DNA of 64,000 bases from Anthoceros angustus (GCA_010909165.1 MU008168.1:1240001-1304000); one strand, 5' to 3'. Positions 1 to 13,039 are shown, counted from the stretch's first letter. Numbers and translations are program-made. The notes: generated by a model from the letters alone, not told the origin.

Positions 1-690
1 GAGGAAGGAAAATCATGTTGAAGAAAAGCAAACATGTTCTATGAATACGATTCTGCAGGGAAGCTTGATGGAGAAGATTTTGCACTTGTGTACGAATGCC
101 AACCAAGAAACTTTTTTCACTCAAATGAAACAACGTATCTATCATGAGCCCTTGGGCAATGGATTGCGGGCCAAAATGTTCATAGGTTCCAAAGAGCATG
201 GACTCTTGGTAATGCAGTCCGAGATGACTTTGATGACCAATATAGAAATATATTCATTGGATAAGTTTAAGAGTATAGGTTGTTGGGATACAGATATGAT
301 TTACTTTACATGTGGGGAGGGCAAGGACAACAACTTTATAATGCGAGTGGCGCATATCTCACAGAATGCACAATGTGAAATTGAATATATTCACTTTGCG
401 AGAATATGGATTGATGTGTGCAAGAAGCATTCTGGCAAGGAAGAAAAGAATTATGCAATCCTGTGTATGCCACCTCATGTATGTGCGGGGGATGTGCAAG
501 ACTTGGTAGACTTGAAGCTCGTATTGCAGCTGCATAGGCTCTATTGACATTCCAAAGTCGAAATAGGTTGTTAGGAGTTAGAGGTTCTATTGACACTTCA
601 AATTGAAATTGATTGTAAGCAAGTCATCGATTTGTCCTTGATACCCCTTGTGTAATGAGGTAGGTCGTATTAACTCGTGTTTCCTCTCCC

Positions 691-816
691 TGTGTGCTGT
701 CACTCTTTCTTGGCTCCCAAGCTTGGACAGCCTGGTTTTCAAATTGTTTCATATGTGTGCTGTCACTCTTTCTTGGCTCCCAAGCTTGGACAGCCTGGTT
801 TTCAAATTGTTTCATA
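691..816. repeat. 63-bp direct tandem duplication (2 copies)
   Basis: TGTGTGCTGTCACTCTTTCTTGGCTCCCAAGCTTGGACAGCCTGGTTTTCAAATTGTTTCATA occurs at 691 and again at 754. Confidence 0.95.
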
Positions 817-1730
817 CTGAGAACATCCAAACATGGGTTCATTAGAATTACACAGTCAAATATTTTGGGACGAATCAGTAGTCGGTTGGGTGCCATCCAT
901 TCCCAGCTATAGATCATGCCCTCCAAATTACGAACTCCAGATGTGAATGTCTACGGGTTACTCCATGCTAAAACAACTCCTTGCGCGGGACTTGATGTAT
1001 AGATGTATACTTTGAAATAACCTCCCTTCCGCGGTGAGCTAGGCTCAAATGTCAGCTATAAGTTGAGCGAAGGAGGCCTGTTGCTCTTGGAACTGCCAGC
1101 TACGGAATTCTGGAAGTCTGCGGTTTGTTCGTTCGAGGGTGGCGTCTTCCACCTCTTGAACTTCAGCAAGATGAGGCACAGGCTTCTTTCCAAGCAGAAG
1201 ATGGCACAGGCCTGCCCTGTTGAACTCGCCTTGTGATGTGTGCGGAGTCTACCACTCTGGGGTCTTGTAACGGAGCTGTAACTCTAGCACATGTTTAGTG
1301 TTTAGAAGTGCTTGCTAGGCATTGCACCAAGCTCCTCAACCATGGACTCTCCTCAGTTAGGTGAAAATGAACCTTCTGCAAGGTTGAAAGCACCCGGTTA
1401 CAGTCTCAACTCACACCCTGGCTAGTAGCATGTGGTAGTTGGAGTCATCGCACGTACGATTTGGAAAGGCCCGGGGTCCGGGGATTCGGCCAGGCAGGAG
1501 AGAACATTCAGATCGATTTCACTCAGCTTCCAACCCTGCCGGTGCATCCATAAAACCTATCCAGCAAAGTAAAGCAGCAACACATAACTGTGGAAACGGA
1601 GGAGCATGGAACAAGCATAACTGTGCAAACCAGCACGAGCAGCATGAAGTGAATGCGCTCTTCATATAGATACGTCCCGTCCTCGTTTCCTCCTACTGCA
1701 ATGATCTCAATGATGGTCTATGCTGCTGAA

Positions 1731-2406
1731 CTACACATCCCTAATGAGGCTTCCAGCCGCCGAGATCCAGCCAATGATCCACGCAGTGAAGACGCGTGCT
1801 AGCCCCAAACCACTGGTAGGGGCCCCTAAACCCTCGTCGGGGCAGGGAGGAAGCCACCTCCAGCTAGCAGGCGTTTGTCGCAGATCGAGAGCCAAGAGTT
1901 TGCCCAGCCGGGCGTGCATGATGTATATTTCGTCCTGCCCCGCCACGACCTTCATCACATCGCGAACGGAGCGGACAAGAAGGATTATACGACCTCCCTT
2001 CACCGCCACCAGCTCGAAGCGGCGCGCCGTGGACGCCACGAACAGTTCGCCATGTGCAGGACCTTCCCCGCTCCTCCTGCCTCCAAAAGGTGGACAGCAG
2101 CACGCTGCCGCCCGCCGACGCCACGGGGAGCTTGAGCTTGTCCCAGCGGTCGGAGGCCGGGTCGTAGGCCCAAGAGACGACGCCCGAGTGGTGGCCCGTG
2201 GAGTGGCCTACCACGAGCAGCATCCATTCCTGCTATGCTGCTCGCAATTCCAGCTGCTCCTAGAGAAATCCCGGCGACGAAATCTCCTGATTCCACGCTC
2301 TACACACCGCGCGCGACCGCACCAGGCACTTCAGCGGCAGCCGAGCCAGGATCTTGGCCTCATTGTCATGAGGCAGCTCGCTCGATACATCCTCCTCCGC
2401 ATCCAT
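1731..2406 (-). pseudogene. F-box/kelch-like pseudogene, paralog of 4944-6524 and 61641-62981
   Basis: MDAEEDVSSELPHDNEAKILARLPLKCLVRSRAVCRAW (F-box) is followed by in-frame stops. YDPASDRW, RFELVAV, KVVAGQDEIYIM and LDLRQTPASWRWLP lie in shifting frames, with a large internal deletion relative to the paralogs. Confidence 0.85.
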
Positions 2407-2779
2407 CCTCCAAAACCCTCGCAAGCTTCCTGGAACGGATGCCTCACATGACAAGCTCTGCAGCAGCAGGATTACAGACAGGCCCTCATCTACTTCTTCA
2501 CACTGAAAGATGCAGATTCACGCCCGAATGAGCAGCTGCGAACTCCTGACTTGCTTGATGCAACCACGCATCTATGCAGACTTCACTTGGCCCCGAGCAG
2601 CTGGTGAATTCGGACTTGATGCAACGACACATCTTTAGATATTCCAGTTCGGGCAATTCCTATGCTAGCAAAGGGAAGCTTTCTGAGGCCGCCGGAGCCC
2701 TGGCATCTCTAGGGCAACAGACACTGCTACTTCTCGGTCTCTGTTTGACATGTTGCTAATGAAAACCCTTCGCAGCTAG

Positions 2780-2995
2780 AACGATCTGGTTGTGGGGCAA
2801 AGAGTTCATGAGCTCACTGTCGAACTCGGGTACGACTCGGATGCATACATACTTGGGAAACCATATTTTGCGCGATGTATGCATGTGGAGGTAGTCTGCA
2901 GGAGGCCGTGGATGTGTTCACCTGGAGGGTGGGCAAACCAAATGCCTTGATGTGGTCTTCCTAATCTCTGAATATGCTAGGCATGGGAAACTCAC
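2780..2995 (+). pseudogene. PLS-class PPR gene fragment
   Basis: Translates across frameshifts as VGQRVHELTVELGYDSDAY / MYACGGSLQEAVDVF / LISEYARHGK, typical PPR motif text. Confidence 0.7.
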
Positions 2996-3169
2996 GCGGC
3001 CATATAACGGTACTGCATGATCATGAGACGGTAGGTTACGAGTGAAGGCGGATGCTCAGGCATGTGCATTTGCCGCTGATTGGAATCTGACAGAAAGTGC
3101 ACTGTGATGTGTTGTACAGTGTACATTCCTCCTGACTCGTCTGCTTTGTTGGCACCTGCCTGGTGGACA

Positions 3170-3380
3170 TAACATGGCATGCGAAGGTGGCTTTCAAGGA
3201 TCCAAAATCAGGCCCTCTTGCCCCATTTGTCCATACAGAAGAAGCGCCTCTTGGCCGATTAAGTCCTTGCTGTGTATACCCAGCTACTAGTACATTCCAT
3301 GTCACCACATCATTTGTGGCCGTGCCGTCAACAACCTGGCGTGCATCTTCCAGTTCACTACATTTTGGGATACACATATG
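3170..3380 (-). pseudogene. PLS-class PPR gene fragment
   Basis: ORF 3036-3395 contains KCSELEDARQVVDGTATNDVVTWNVLVAGYTQQG. Confidence 0.8.
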
Positions 3381-4943
3381 ATTCACTTTACACATCGGCA
3401 GGGCAATTACACCAACTTCCTGATGCGAGAAGAGGCAAATATCTCACAGAGTGCACAATCGGAAGTTGAATATGTTCTCTTGGCGAGAATATGGATGGAT
3501 GTATGCATGCAAGAAGCATTCTTGCGAGGAAGAAAGAATTATACAATCATGTGTATGCCACCTCATGTATGTGCTGGGGCTGCGCAAAACTTGGTAGACT
3601 TGAAGTGCCTATTGCAACAGCATTGGCGCTGTTCACATTCCAAGTTGAAATTGGTTGTAAGCAGTCACAGGCTCTATTCACGCTTCACGCTTTGAACACG
3701 ACTCAGGATACCACAACGTTAGGTCTTACTGGGGTCATAAGGCGTGCAGAATGTGTGGTGGACCTTGTGATAAAGCAGCAGACAGCCAGTTGCTGGTGTG
3801 AACGTACGAGCTCAGCAGCCTGAGAGACATACAGTAGCTCCGGTTTCTTCGCTATCTTTTGCTTTTGCTTTTTCTTGAATCACGCCCTATCACACTAGGC
3901 AATGGCATTTCATTGCATGCATGTAAAAGCTCCTGAACCTGCAAACGTTACGGATATGGCGGCAAGGCGAACATGAACTTCGGATCTGTAACATTCTTTC
4001 TTTACAGTAGAGTGCTGTGAGAGAATCTTTGAATGGAGTCATCACTGTCGGTAGGTTTACACATGGATGACCATGGACGCCACATGGTCATCACTGTCTG
4101 ACAGAAAAGCGCAGTGTGACGTGTTGTTTCTGAATCGTTTGTTGTTGGCACCTGCCTTGTGGACATGTGTATGCCTGTGAGATGCCCAGAACAAAGTGTG
4201 AAAGCTGCCTTGAAAAATGGTTTCCGCAACGAGCAAGGCTCTGAAACTCTTTGCTCAAAAATCTGCTGTAAGTTGAGCGAAGGTGGCTTGTTGCTCTTGG
4301 GACCCTTCCACCGCTTGAATTTGGGTGGTGGCCTTGTTGAGCAAAGGGGACAGGCTGCCTCAGGAAGAAGTGTGAATGCTGCCTTAATCAGATTAGCACA
4401 ACCGGGAGTGGGAAAGAAGTCCTTAAGGTTGACAGGCGCTACTCGGCCTGCGTGAAGCACCATGGACTCTCCTCGCCGTTTCTCTGTTTTTCCGTTCAGT
4501 GAGGTGGAGATGGAACTTTCTGCAAGGTCGAAAGCACGTGCCTATAGGGTTCCCGGGCCTAGAGAGAAGCTAGTGTGCTGAAACGACCAGGATTTCTACT
4601 ACTGATCGACTTCTGTCAACTATGACCTGCTGCTGTTGTCCAATTCGAGTGCCCACAGAAACCCACACACTTCCACATGCCTACAAAAGCACACAATCCC
4701 TACGTGAATGTACCAGCGGGGAGACACGGCACTCCATTGAAAGATTGACTGACTGTCTTTGATGCTGCTGCTCTTTAAATTCCGTGCAAAATTCATAGAT
4801 CGCCCAACGCTACACTTGTAGCTGCACATGGAGTGCTAGTAGAATACGTGTGATCCCCAAGCCTAGCTAATATTGCTCTCGCCTGCTGATTTGCAGACAA
4901 GGATATCAGTTGAGAGTCGAGACTCCTCACCAAATGAGTACCG

Positions 4944-6524
4944 TCAAGCAACCACAGAACTTTTATAATTTTCATAGCCGCTGAATACCAACCAAGGATC
5001 CAGGCAGTCCAGACTAGTACTCCAGCTATGGCTGTAAAAATGATTGTAGGGCAAGGCGGGGAGCCACCTCCAAGCCCCAGGCCCAGGCATTTGTCGCAAA
5101 TCCAGAGCCACCACCTTGGGCCGGGACCCCTGCATCAAATATACTTGGTCCTGGCCCGCCACGACTTTGATCAAATGTCCCGTGCCGGCGGCTGGCCAGA
5201 ACTGAATGACCATGGGACGGGGCATAGCGGCCACCACCGTCCAGGTCATGCGCGCCAAATCCAGCTCCCAGATGTGGACACACAGGAGTAATTCTTCATC
5301 GTGCTCGCTGTCTTCAGAGAAGGCTAGACACAGCAGCCGGCCCCGCACGCTCACGGGCCCAATGCAGGCATAGGAAAGGAAGCGGGAAGGCCCGGCCACA
5401 GCCAACCAGCTCCAGCTCGCCCGCTCCAGATCGTAGGCCAACAGATTGCCGTTGTCGGTAAGGCAGTAGAGCATGGTGCCCACAAACACTCCGTGAGGGG
5501 ACCTGAAGTAGGTGAAGGCGCGGGGCTCCTGCACTGCCAAGGCGCAGGTGGTCATACTCCAGCTCCAGAGCGCGGAATCGAAGATGAAGGTCCGGATGGA
5601 GTTGTCCGGGGCCGAGAGATCGCCCCGCGGCTCGGTCACCGCCACCAGCTTGAAGCAGCGTGCCTGGGCGTCCACGAACATTCCCCGCACGTGCTGCACC
5701 CCCAAGCCATGGCCCGCTGGGAACCTGGGCAGGCAGGTCCAGGAGCTCGCCACCGGGTTGTGCATGTGCAGCATGCCCCTGCTGGACAGCAGCACCAGGC
5801 CGCCGCCCGCCCAAATCACGGCCGGATTCCACCATTGCGTGGGGCCTCCCAAATGTGGTTGGAGGCAGAGCTTGTACCAGCGGCCGGAGGAAGGGTCGTA
5901 GACGCACGAGACCACGCGCCTTCTGGGCTGGTAACTTGTACATGTGTAGCCTGTCACGACCAGCATCCATTCTGGCGCTACTCCCGCTCGCCATAATTCT
6001 GCCCGCTCATGCACCAAGCTCGGCGACGATACGGCCTCCTTCCACTCTCTGCACACCGCGCGCGACCGCAGCAGGCTCACCAGCGGCAGCTTTGCCAGGA
6101 TCTTCATCACCAAGTCTTGTGGCAGCTCGCTCCATACGCAAACCTCCTCCTTCTCCACCTCCGGCTCCGCAGCTATGCTCCCACAACTCCTCACTCTCAG
6201 GCCATTATCCACCTCCGGCTCCGCTTCTATCCTCCCACAACTCCTCACTCTCAGGCCATTATCCACCTCCGGCTCCGCTTCTATCCTCCCACAACTCCTC
6301 AGTCTCAGGCCATTATCCACCTCCGGCTCCGCATCTATCCTCCCACAACTCCTCGCTCTCAGGCCATTACCCAGCTTAATCATCGCCGCATACAACCTCC
6401 TCCTCCACCTCCGCATCCATCCTTCCTTGCCATTCCGATTACGATGAAGGGAGTTGGCCTCACGCATACTGTCTGGTGGAATAAGAAGAAGAAGAAGAAT
6501 TTTATTTGAATAACATCTACACAT
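4944..6524 (-). CDS. F-box/kelch-repeat-like protein with N-terminal 18-aa repeats (true start uncertain)
   Basis: Open 526-aa ORF with F-box VWSELPQDLVMKILAKLPLVSLLRSRAVCREW, then YDPSSGRW, NPVASSWTCLP, IFDSALWSW and IWELDLARMTW. The first codons run through a (GAA)n tail, so the real start is probably downstream of 6524. Confidence 0.85.
   Translation of the reverse strand: MCRCYSNKILLLLLIPPDSMREANSLHRNRNGKEGWMRRWRRRLYAAMIKLGNGLRARSCGRIDAEPEVDNGLRLRSCGRIEAEPEVDNGLRVRSCGRIEAEPEVDNGLRVRSCGSIAAEPEVEKEEVCVWSELPQDLVMKILAKLPLVSLLRSRAVCREWKEAVSSPSLVHERAELWRAGVAPEWMLVVTGYTCTSYQPRRRVVSCVYDPSSGRWYKLCLQPHLGGPTQWWNPAVIWAGGGLVLLSSRGMLHMHNPVASSWTCLPRFPAGHGLGVQHVRGMFVDAQARCFKLVAVTEPRGDLSAPDNSIRTFIFDSALWSWSMTTCALAVQEPRAFTYFRSPHGVFVGTMLYCLTDNGNLLAYDLERASWSWLAVAGPSRFLSYACIGPVSVRGRLLCLAFSEDSEHDEELLLCVHIWELDLARMTWTVVAAMPRPMVIQFWPAAGTGHLIKVVAGQDQVYLMQGSRPKVVALDLRQMPGPGAWRWLPALPYNHFYSHSWSTSLDCLDPWLVFSGYENYKSSVVA
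6157..6369 (-). repeat. 54-bp coding tandem repeat, ~4 copies (RSCGRIEAEPEVDNGLRV)
   Basis: CCACAACTCCTC recurs at 6181, 6235, 6289 and 6343. Confidence 0.95.
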
Positions 6525-7909
6525 GTAACACCCATATTTATGGTACCTCAGTAAACAAAAACCTCCTATTTCCTATTTGGATGTTAAGCCTTGCTCCGTG
6601 GGATGTGCAAGGCTTAAATGGTAATTAATAAATAGAGAGATTCCAAGGATTCAGAAATGAAAACTTCCTATTTGGAGCTTAGGGTGCACAAGATTATCTT
6701 CCAAATAAAGTGATAAAATTTTAGTTCACTAGAATATACAACCATAAAACGATTAAATGGTAAGTGATAATTAAGAGCTTTAAAAACTTATATAAAACTT
6801 GTATAACTTTATACGATAAATATTAAAAAATATTTCATAAAAATTTAAAAGTAAATTATATTAAATCTTAATGCTTTACCTATATGAAATATTGTTATAT
6901 GTCTTTGGCGTACCTTTCGAGCATGTGGAAACTTCTATATGTATATTGCCCTCTCAGACACAGCCAGCTCTCCACCAAGGTCCGTGCACTGAGTTGGACC
7001 TCCAACTTTTAGTCTATGGTGTCACATAGAGCTCCAACTATGCCTATTAGTCAAGCCCTCGAACAACCCATGAGGTCGAGCATCGTTAGTGGAGCAACAG
7101 CCGGCCTAGTTTGCCGAGCTCGAGCTCAAGCTCTAGCTTGCTCAATCCAGTCACATAGTGGTGCATCTTCTCTTGGAAAAAAAATAAAAAAAAGGAACTT
7201 TACCAATACACATATTGGTACACCATTCTAAGGACCCATTGTTGCGTTAAGCCAATGATTTTTTCTTGGCAAGTTACCTCGTTTTTAAGTTTTTTTTGTT
7301 GGTGTAAGTTGTTTTTTTTGTGTACATTGCTGCAAGATGCATCTAATCTAAAAATAAATATAAGACATCCAATTTACAGAAACTGTTTACTGTTAAGCAT
7401 AACATATTAATGAATATTTTCTTATCACCATTTTGTAGTGATTATTTCAATTGAAACGTGTAAATTAAACCTTACTCATTTTTTAAAAAATATTAACTAT
7501 TACTTTAAAATAATTCTACTTAAGATATTGAATCACTCTCAATTAGGGAGCGTGGACTATATAATCTTCAGATCTGTCGTAAAGTTTAAAATTTAATAAG
7601 ATATTACATTAATCTCTCCACGAGAAATATTTCCATAGAGCTCTATGTTATTGTTTACAAAATTATACGAGTTCATTCTCTAGTTCTGTACATTGATCAT
7701 ACAATATCATGACTATTTCACAGTCGCGCTCTATTATGTATGCCTAGGTGTATGAAATTGTGGTAGGTAAAAATGTATTGTATGTTTATTTGGAAGCTTG
7801 TCGTATTCCCGTACCTAATAAGCCTGGTACGCCTTAGCTTTATAAGGCGCTTGTTGTGTATGCATAAATAAAGCGAAAGACACCTTGGAGCAAAAGGCGA
7901 TTGCACTGC

Positions 7910-8270
7910 GATGCAAGAGGAATCTTTGGATGACGTAGTGGTGGTGTTGCACGATTGTAGCTACGATCGCCAGAGGAATCTTTGGATAGCGTAGTGGTGG
8001 TCGACTGGCACGATTGTAGGCTGATCGCAAGAGGAATGCTGGATGATGTAGTGGTGGTTGACTGCCTGGTGGACATGTATGCTAGATGTGGTGAATTGGA
8101 AGATGCCGGCCAGGTTTTTGGACGGCATGGCTACCAAAGGATGTGGTGCATGGAAGCATGCCCTAGTAGCTGAATATGCACAGTAATGACTTTGGCCAAG
8201 AGGCGCTTGTTCTGTATGGACAAATGAAGCAAGAGGGCCTGCATTTTGGCTCCTTGACGATCCTTGAAAT
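7910..8270 (+). pseudogene. PLS-class PPR fragment with a ~58-bp triplication at its 5' side
   Basis: DDVVVVDCLVDMYARCGELEDAGQVF, then ALVAEYAQ in another frame. AGAGGAAT...GTAGTGGTGG is repeated three times in 7915-8060. Confidence 0.75.
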
Positions 8271-8510
8271 CCTGTGAGTTTGTCCCAAGCTTGCTGAACG
8301 ACCTTGCATGCCCTTGCCCTTGCTACATAGATCTTCTTTGGCATCCATCTGCGAAACCCTCACAATATTGCCGGAACGGATGCCTCACATGACTTCACTC
8401 TACAAGCTCCTCTTCACTCTGTTATAAGAAGGAAACACTAGCTCATAACACCTGATAGATGCAACCACAATGTAGAAACCTACGAGCAACTGGTGAAGCT
8501 CTAAGCAATG

Positions 8511-8565
8511 TGTGTGATTGCATGAAGCTCGAACCTATGAACTTCGAGCTTCATGCAATCACACA
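8511..8565. repeat. Perfect 23-bp inverted repeat with a 9-nt loop
   Basis: TGTGTGATTGCATGAAGCTCGAA (8511-8533), loop CCTATGAAC, TTCGAGCTTCATGCAATCACACA (8543-8565). Confidence 0.95.
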
Positions 8566-11500
8566 TATGTTAGAAATTCCACTGTGGGCAATTTTCTTGT
8601 AGTGGTTGCAAATTTGCAATGTACTCTGTAGGAAAACATTACGCACATGCGACAATCCGCCGTTAACCGTGTAGGGCTGCAGCAGCCGCTTTCCTTGGGT
8701 ATGTACACCGGTCATGGTACCTTTCCTTCCGAGTCCAGCTCTCCGGATAACCGTGCAGGATGGGAAATGGGCAAGGAACCTTTACGAGGCCGTGGGAGTC
8801 CAGGAATCTGTAGGGCAACAGACACTGCTATTTCTCCAGTCTCTGTTTTGCCACCGACTGATGTCTATAGGTCGGTCTGCGGACAGCCGTCGGCAAATGC
8901 CGCACGATGAATCTTCCTCATCGTGCGGCATTTGCCGATGGCGCTCCGACCACCGCGATTACTTTACGAAGAGCACTCCACAGCAACAAAGGCCGTGACC
9001 GCCGCGATTGCTTTCTCAAGAGAGCACGCCCTGTAACAAAGGAAGCCGGCTTTTAGGCAGGTACACAAGAGGTGTTTACGCGCGATGATAAGCGTCGCAC
9101 CACTTCCAGAACCGAATCCGCTGAACATAACCCGGATGGCGGCCGGTAGCGACCATCTATCCACCAGCCTTGTCGTCGCTGCTCAATTTGAAACCGTGTG
9201 GCTCCGTCAGGCTTCAGCTGTTCGCTGCATCTACGTTTATCAGTTCATCGCTACATATCTCCGCTTCTGAACTCTGCTCTGGTTACTTCAACAGCTGAAT
9301 GTAAGCCTCCGATCAGACTTGGTATGAGAACTTCCAGAAATTTTAGCTTTTGGTACTGTGGCAGAACCTCCGGAATTGTGACCAACCAGCGGGTAGTTGT
9401 CTGCAGAGGATCAGGAATGGACAAGTAAGGATCTGCAAGTTTGCCCTAACTTGATTATTGGCATCCCTTTTGTTGTCAAATCAAGGTGAATGGGCCCCGG
9501 ATGCCAAGCTCAGGTGTTGTATCCATTTTTCTACACGGTTCACTTGTTGTCTGAAACCCCAGCTGTTTACAGTGCTTGATCAAGCTAATCCTTGCTTCAG
9601 TTTCGGTTCTACAACTGTGTACCAGAAGCTTCCCTAGGGTGAGCCCTCTGCTCCCTACAAGCTACCTCCTCTTTTCGAGGAGCTGCACCTGGTGAGTAAG
9701 CTAGTGTTGGGGTTGATGCGCTGGATGCCTTTGCATGTTCCAATATAATGTTAAATGTCTTTCAGATCACCATCAACAAGCCATCCGGGTTGCAAGTTCT
9801 TCCACGGCTTTGTTTAGATACGCTCTGCGGCAATTACGATGGTCGTCATTGTGATTCTTGGCTTTATCACGTCATCCGCATGTACATAGGCTGCTCTGCC
9901 CGTGGGAGGTTTGGAGGATGCATTGCATGACTTAAATGGAAGGTGGAGATTCTTGGGTAACCCATGGCCAGGACGTCGTGCTGGACACCGGTTGGGCGGC
10001 GAACCGTTACCATCTCGGCGGATTACGGGCGGTGTCATTTGACCCGTCCCAAGCTCGGTCGGCATGTGTTAAAAAAAACATGGGACCGGAGGTTCTTTTG
10101 GAGTCCGGTCCCTACCGGTTCATAAAAGGTCCGGTTTAAAATTAGTAAATTATTTAATTTTATATCCAAGGATTTATATTTATTATGGATACATGGACTC
10201 ATCTTATCATGGGCGATCTGCCGGTCACCCGGTTGTGGATCTGCGGACTCCCGATCTGCGATCTTTTATATTATTATTTATAAATCATTTATTTAATATT
10301 TGTTATATTTAGTGACCAAGGTCATGACCGCAGTCCCTCCTCGGTCCGTCCGGACGGCGTAGCAACTAAGCGGTCCGGGGGCCGAGATAGTACTCGGTCA
10401 AAATGACACCACGATTCTAGGCCAACTTCCCCATCGGCTGGTAGCCGGGCAAATATTCCCGACAGCGGTGGCGGGCATGTTCGCCGGACACCGTCGTCCA
10501 CCGCATCCGGCCGCCATAGGGGTTCTTGTCGATGCGTACCGCCATGAAATCGCCCATGCTTCGCGGTGGTATACGGTCCCCTACATTACCGACCTTCACA
10601 CATCGATGCAATGTGCAGCCGCCACATGGTTACACGCTCGACGTGGGTTAGGATTTGAATCGTGCGTGTAATTTTGAATTAACGATCAGTCTAATACAAG
10701 TATTTTAATTTCTATTATATTTATTACTTGGATATAATCTTGATATGTTAGAATAATAATATTTTATCCCATTATGTATCCGCTGTTCAACGTACGTGTA
10801 ATCCTGACTTTCTGCTTACACCTAATCAGCTCCTATAACCTCGGCAACAAATTGCTGGCTAATCTGACAACTAAACTACCGCTAGACCTACGCGTATTGG
10901 GATGCGAAGGTAGGGGAAGCTTTGCTCTCTTCTCCTTCACTTAGCATGCTTATACTGCCCGCATCCGCTGCTTCGCTCTCTTCTCCTTCACCGCACCGTT
11001 TCCACTCTTGCCAGAGGGCACCTTTGTTTGGCTGTCATCCCCATGATCTATCATCGTAGAGAGCTCGTGCTCTCTGGCGAGTGAAGGGTGCATCAAGATG
11101 CAAACCTAATCCCACCTTAGTGGGATCACATGCTAGGAATTCCAGCAACTCATGACATACAAATTTAACCAACCTAGAAGCGCCTCATCCAATATTAACC
11201 GACTTTTGCCTCATGTATTTTCGTGTGATGATCCTCTTGTTTGTGGGCGGTTGGCTTGGTTGGGAGGACAACACCATGTCCATATCCTGCAAATTTGCAC
11301 CTTCCGAGGTGTCCTCTCCCGGAACTTCAGCCGCCATTCTTGATATGCCCTCTGGTTCAGCATTATTAATTATTGGCCCCTCCCCCTTGTGCTGGAGTTC
11401 GAGAACAGGTTCAACCCCACTTGCATAGCACCCACAAACGCCCGTTAATTGAGTCTGGATCAAATCACAGGCTGCAACCTATTTACAGATTGTATATGTC

Positions 11501-13039
11501 AAACTCACCACTTGATCTCCCAGCCGGGACAGACCCCCCTACCCACTCAGACTCCATTTGTTCATTCCTAGATGCCATCTTCCCCTTTCCACCATATTTA
11601 TTTGTGCCCGTTGTACCATGTTTCGCAATGAGGGCTTCGAGCACCTTGTGTTGTTGTTTCACGGGCGGCCCGTGAAACATATATGGCCACCATATATGTT
11701 CCCCCACATCTAGCCAGCTCTTGGATGCCAGCTTCTACTAGGGCTTGAAATTGGGCCTCTATAACATTCACGGGTATCAGCCGCTTGTTGTAACTCCCAT
11801 TGTTCCGGGTTTCCTCTGCACCCTCTCTTACCCTCATCACATAATGATTCCTCCCGATGCTGCTCCTCACAAACTTGCGATGAAGCCAATCCAGATTTGT
11901 GGCTCTTGGATACTCTACTGCCATCAACTCTACAAGTTGTCGTCACACATCCATACAGCTCTATTGAGTCCATGACACCCCCTGTGCCAGCCGCGTTACT
12001 ACAAGCTCGTTCATCCGTCTTTGGAAAGAAGCTTTCTCCGCTCCCTCCAACCCTCCAAAGCAACGAGCGTTGTTTGGCACCTTTGCTGATTTCTCTGGCC
12101 CAAAGTGGTCAAGGACCTCCTCTCCTTTGCTGTCAAAATTATTGTCTTCGATCGAGCGTACCCATGTCACCATTCCACCCTCAATCTCGCGCCATTTCGA
12201 CATGTCGTCGTTGTCCGAGGCAAAGAAAATCTGGTAGTGCGGCACATTGGAAATCAAAATTGGGAGTCGGGCTTGATGTCATGCCCAGCTCCACTGCCTT
12301 CTTCCCGCCACAATTTCAAATCGTAATCCATTTGAACGCTCCCTCATTGGATGTTGTCCGAACAAAGACATCGGCGCCCCCAACTTAGGCTATCTTCACG
12401 TCTCGTAGTGTGCAATGCTTTCGTGACCGGGATGAATGAATGCAAATGGAACCTCGTATACATGTGTTTGCGTGAATGAAAAGCAAGTGTGCAAGTATAT
12501 GGAGCACAAAGTTGTCACAGTACAATGAATTTGTAATAGCCGCTACTGGCTTACATAGAGTCACCTACATCACACATAATGACACACCCCAATATTCAGG
12601 CCCAATTATGCCACAACAGGCTCACTTGGGTAATCTATCTGCTCTGGTGTCTTGGAATTTGAGCATCCCAGCAACTCGAGTGCATGTTCTCTGCACAGTA
12701 CATGGCCCTCTCCATAGAGAAACCGATGTATCAGCGTTAATCAAGTGAAACGTTTCATGAACACACATCCAGCACTAAAAACGCCGGGACCAGACCTCCA
12801 ATGCATGCTCTCATCCACACCAAACATTTTGTCCGCCCCCTCGTCTCCATACTCGCTCATGGCATAACATGATAATCTTGGAAGGGGGTTAATATACAAA
12901 CCCCCTTCCGCACAACCGAAACCCCCTTCACAAAAAAGACACCGTTCGGGAAATGCAAAATCGTCGAATCCTCCGTCATGACACCATGCTAAATACGAAA
13001 GGGAAAAAACATTGATATTTCACAATTCATAAAACAGAG

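Noticed and set aside
41-547. 168-aa ORF as a real gene
   Set aside because: No recognisable domain. Its 3' half is a duplicate of 3366-3665 next to PPR debris, so coding status is unsupported.
5026-6509. Long overlapping ORFs opposite or out of frame with the F-box genes (also 1720-2451 and 61644-63180)
   Set aside because: Shadow ORFs of GC-rich coding sequence.
8950-9750. Retrotransposon gag zinc knuckle
   Set aside because: Cys spacing is too degenerate and no LTR or pol was found to support it.
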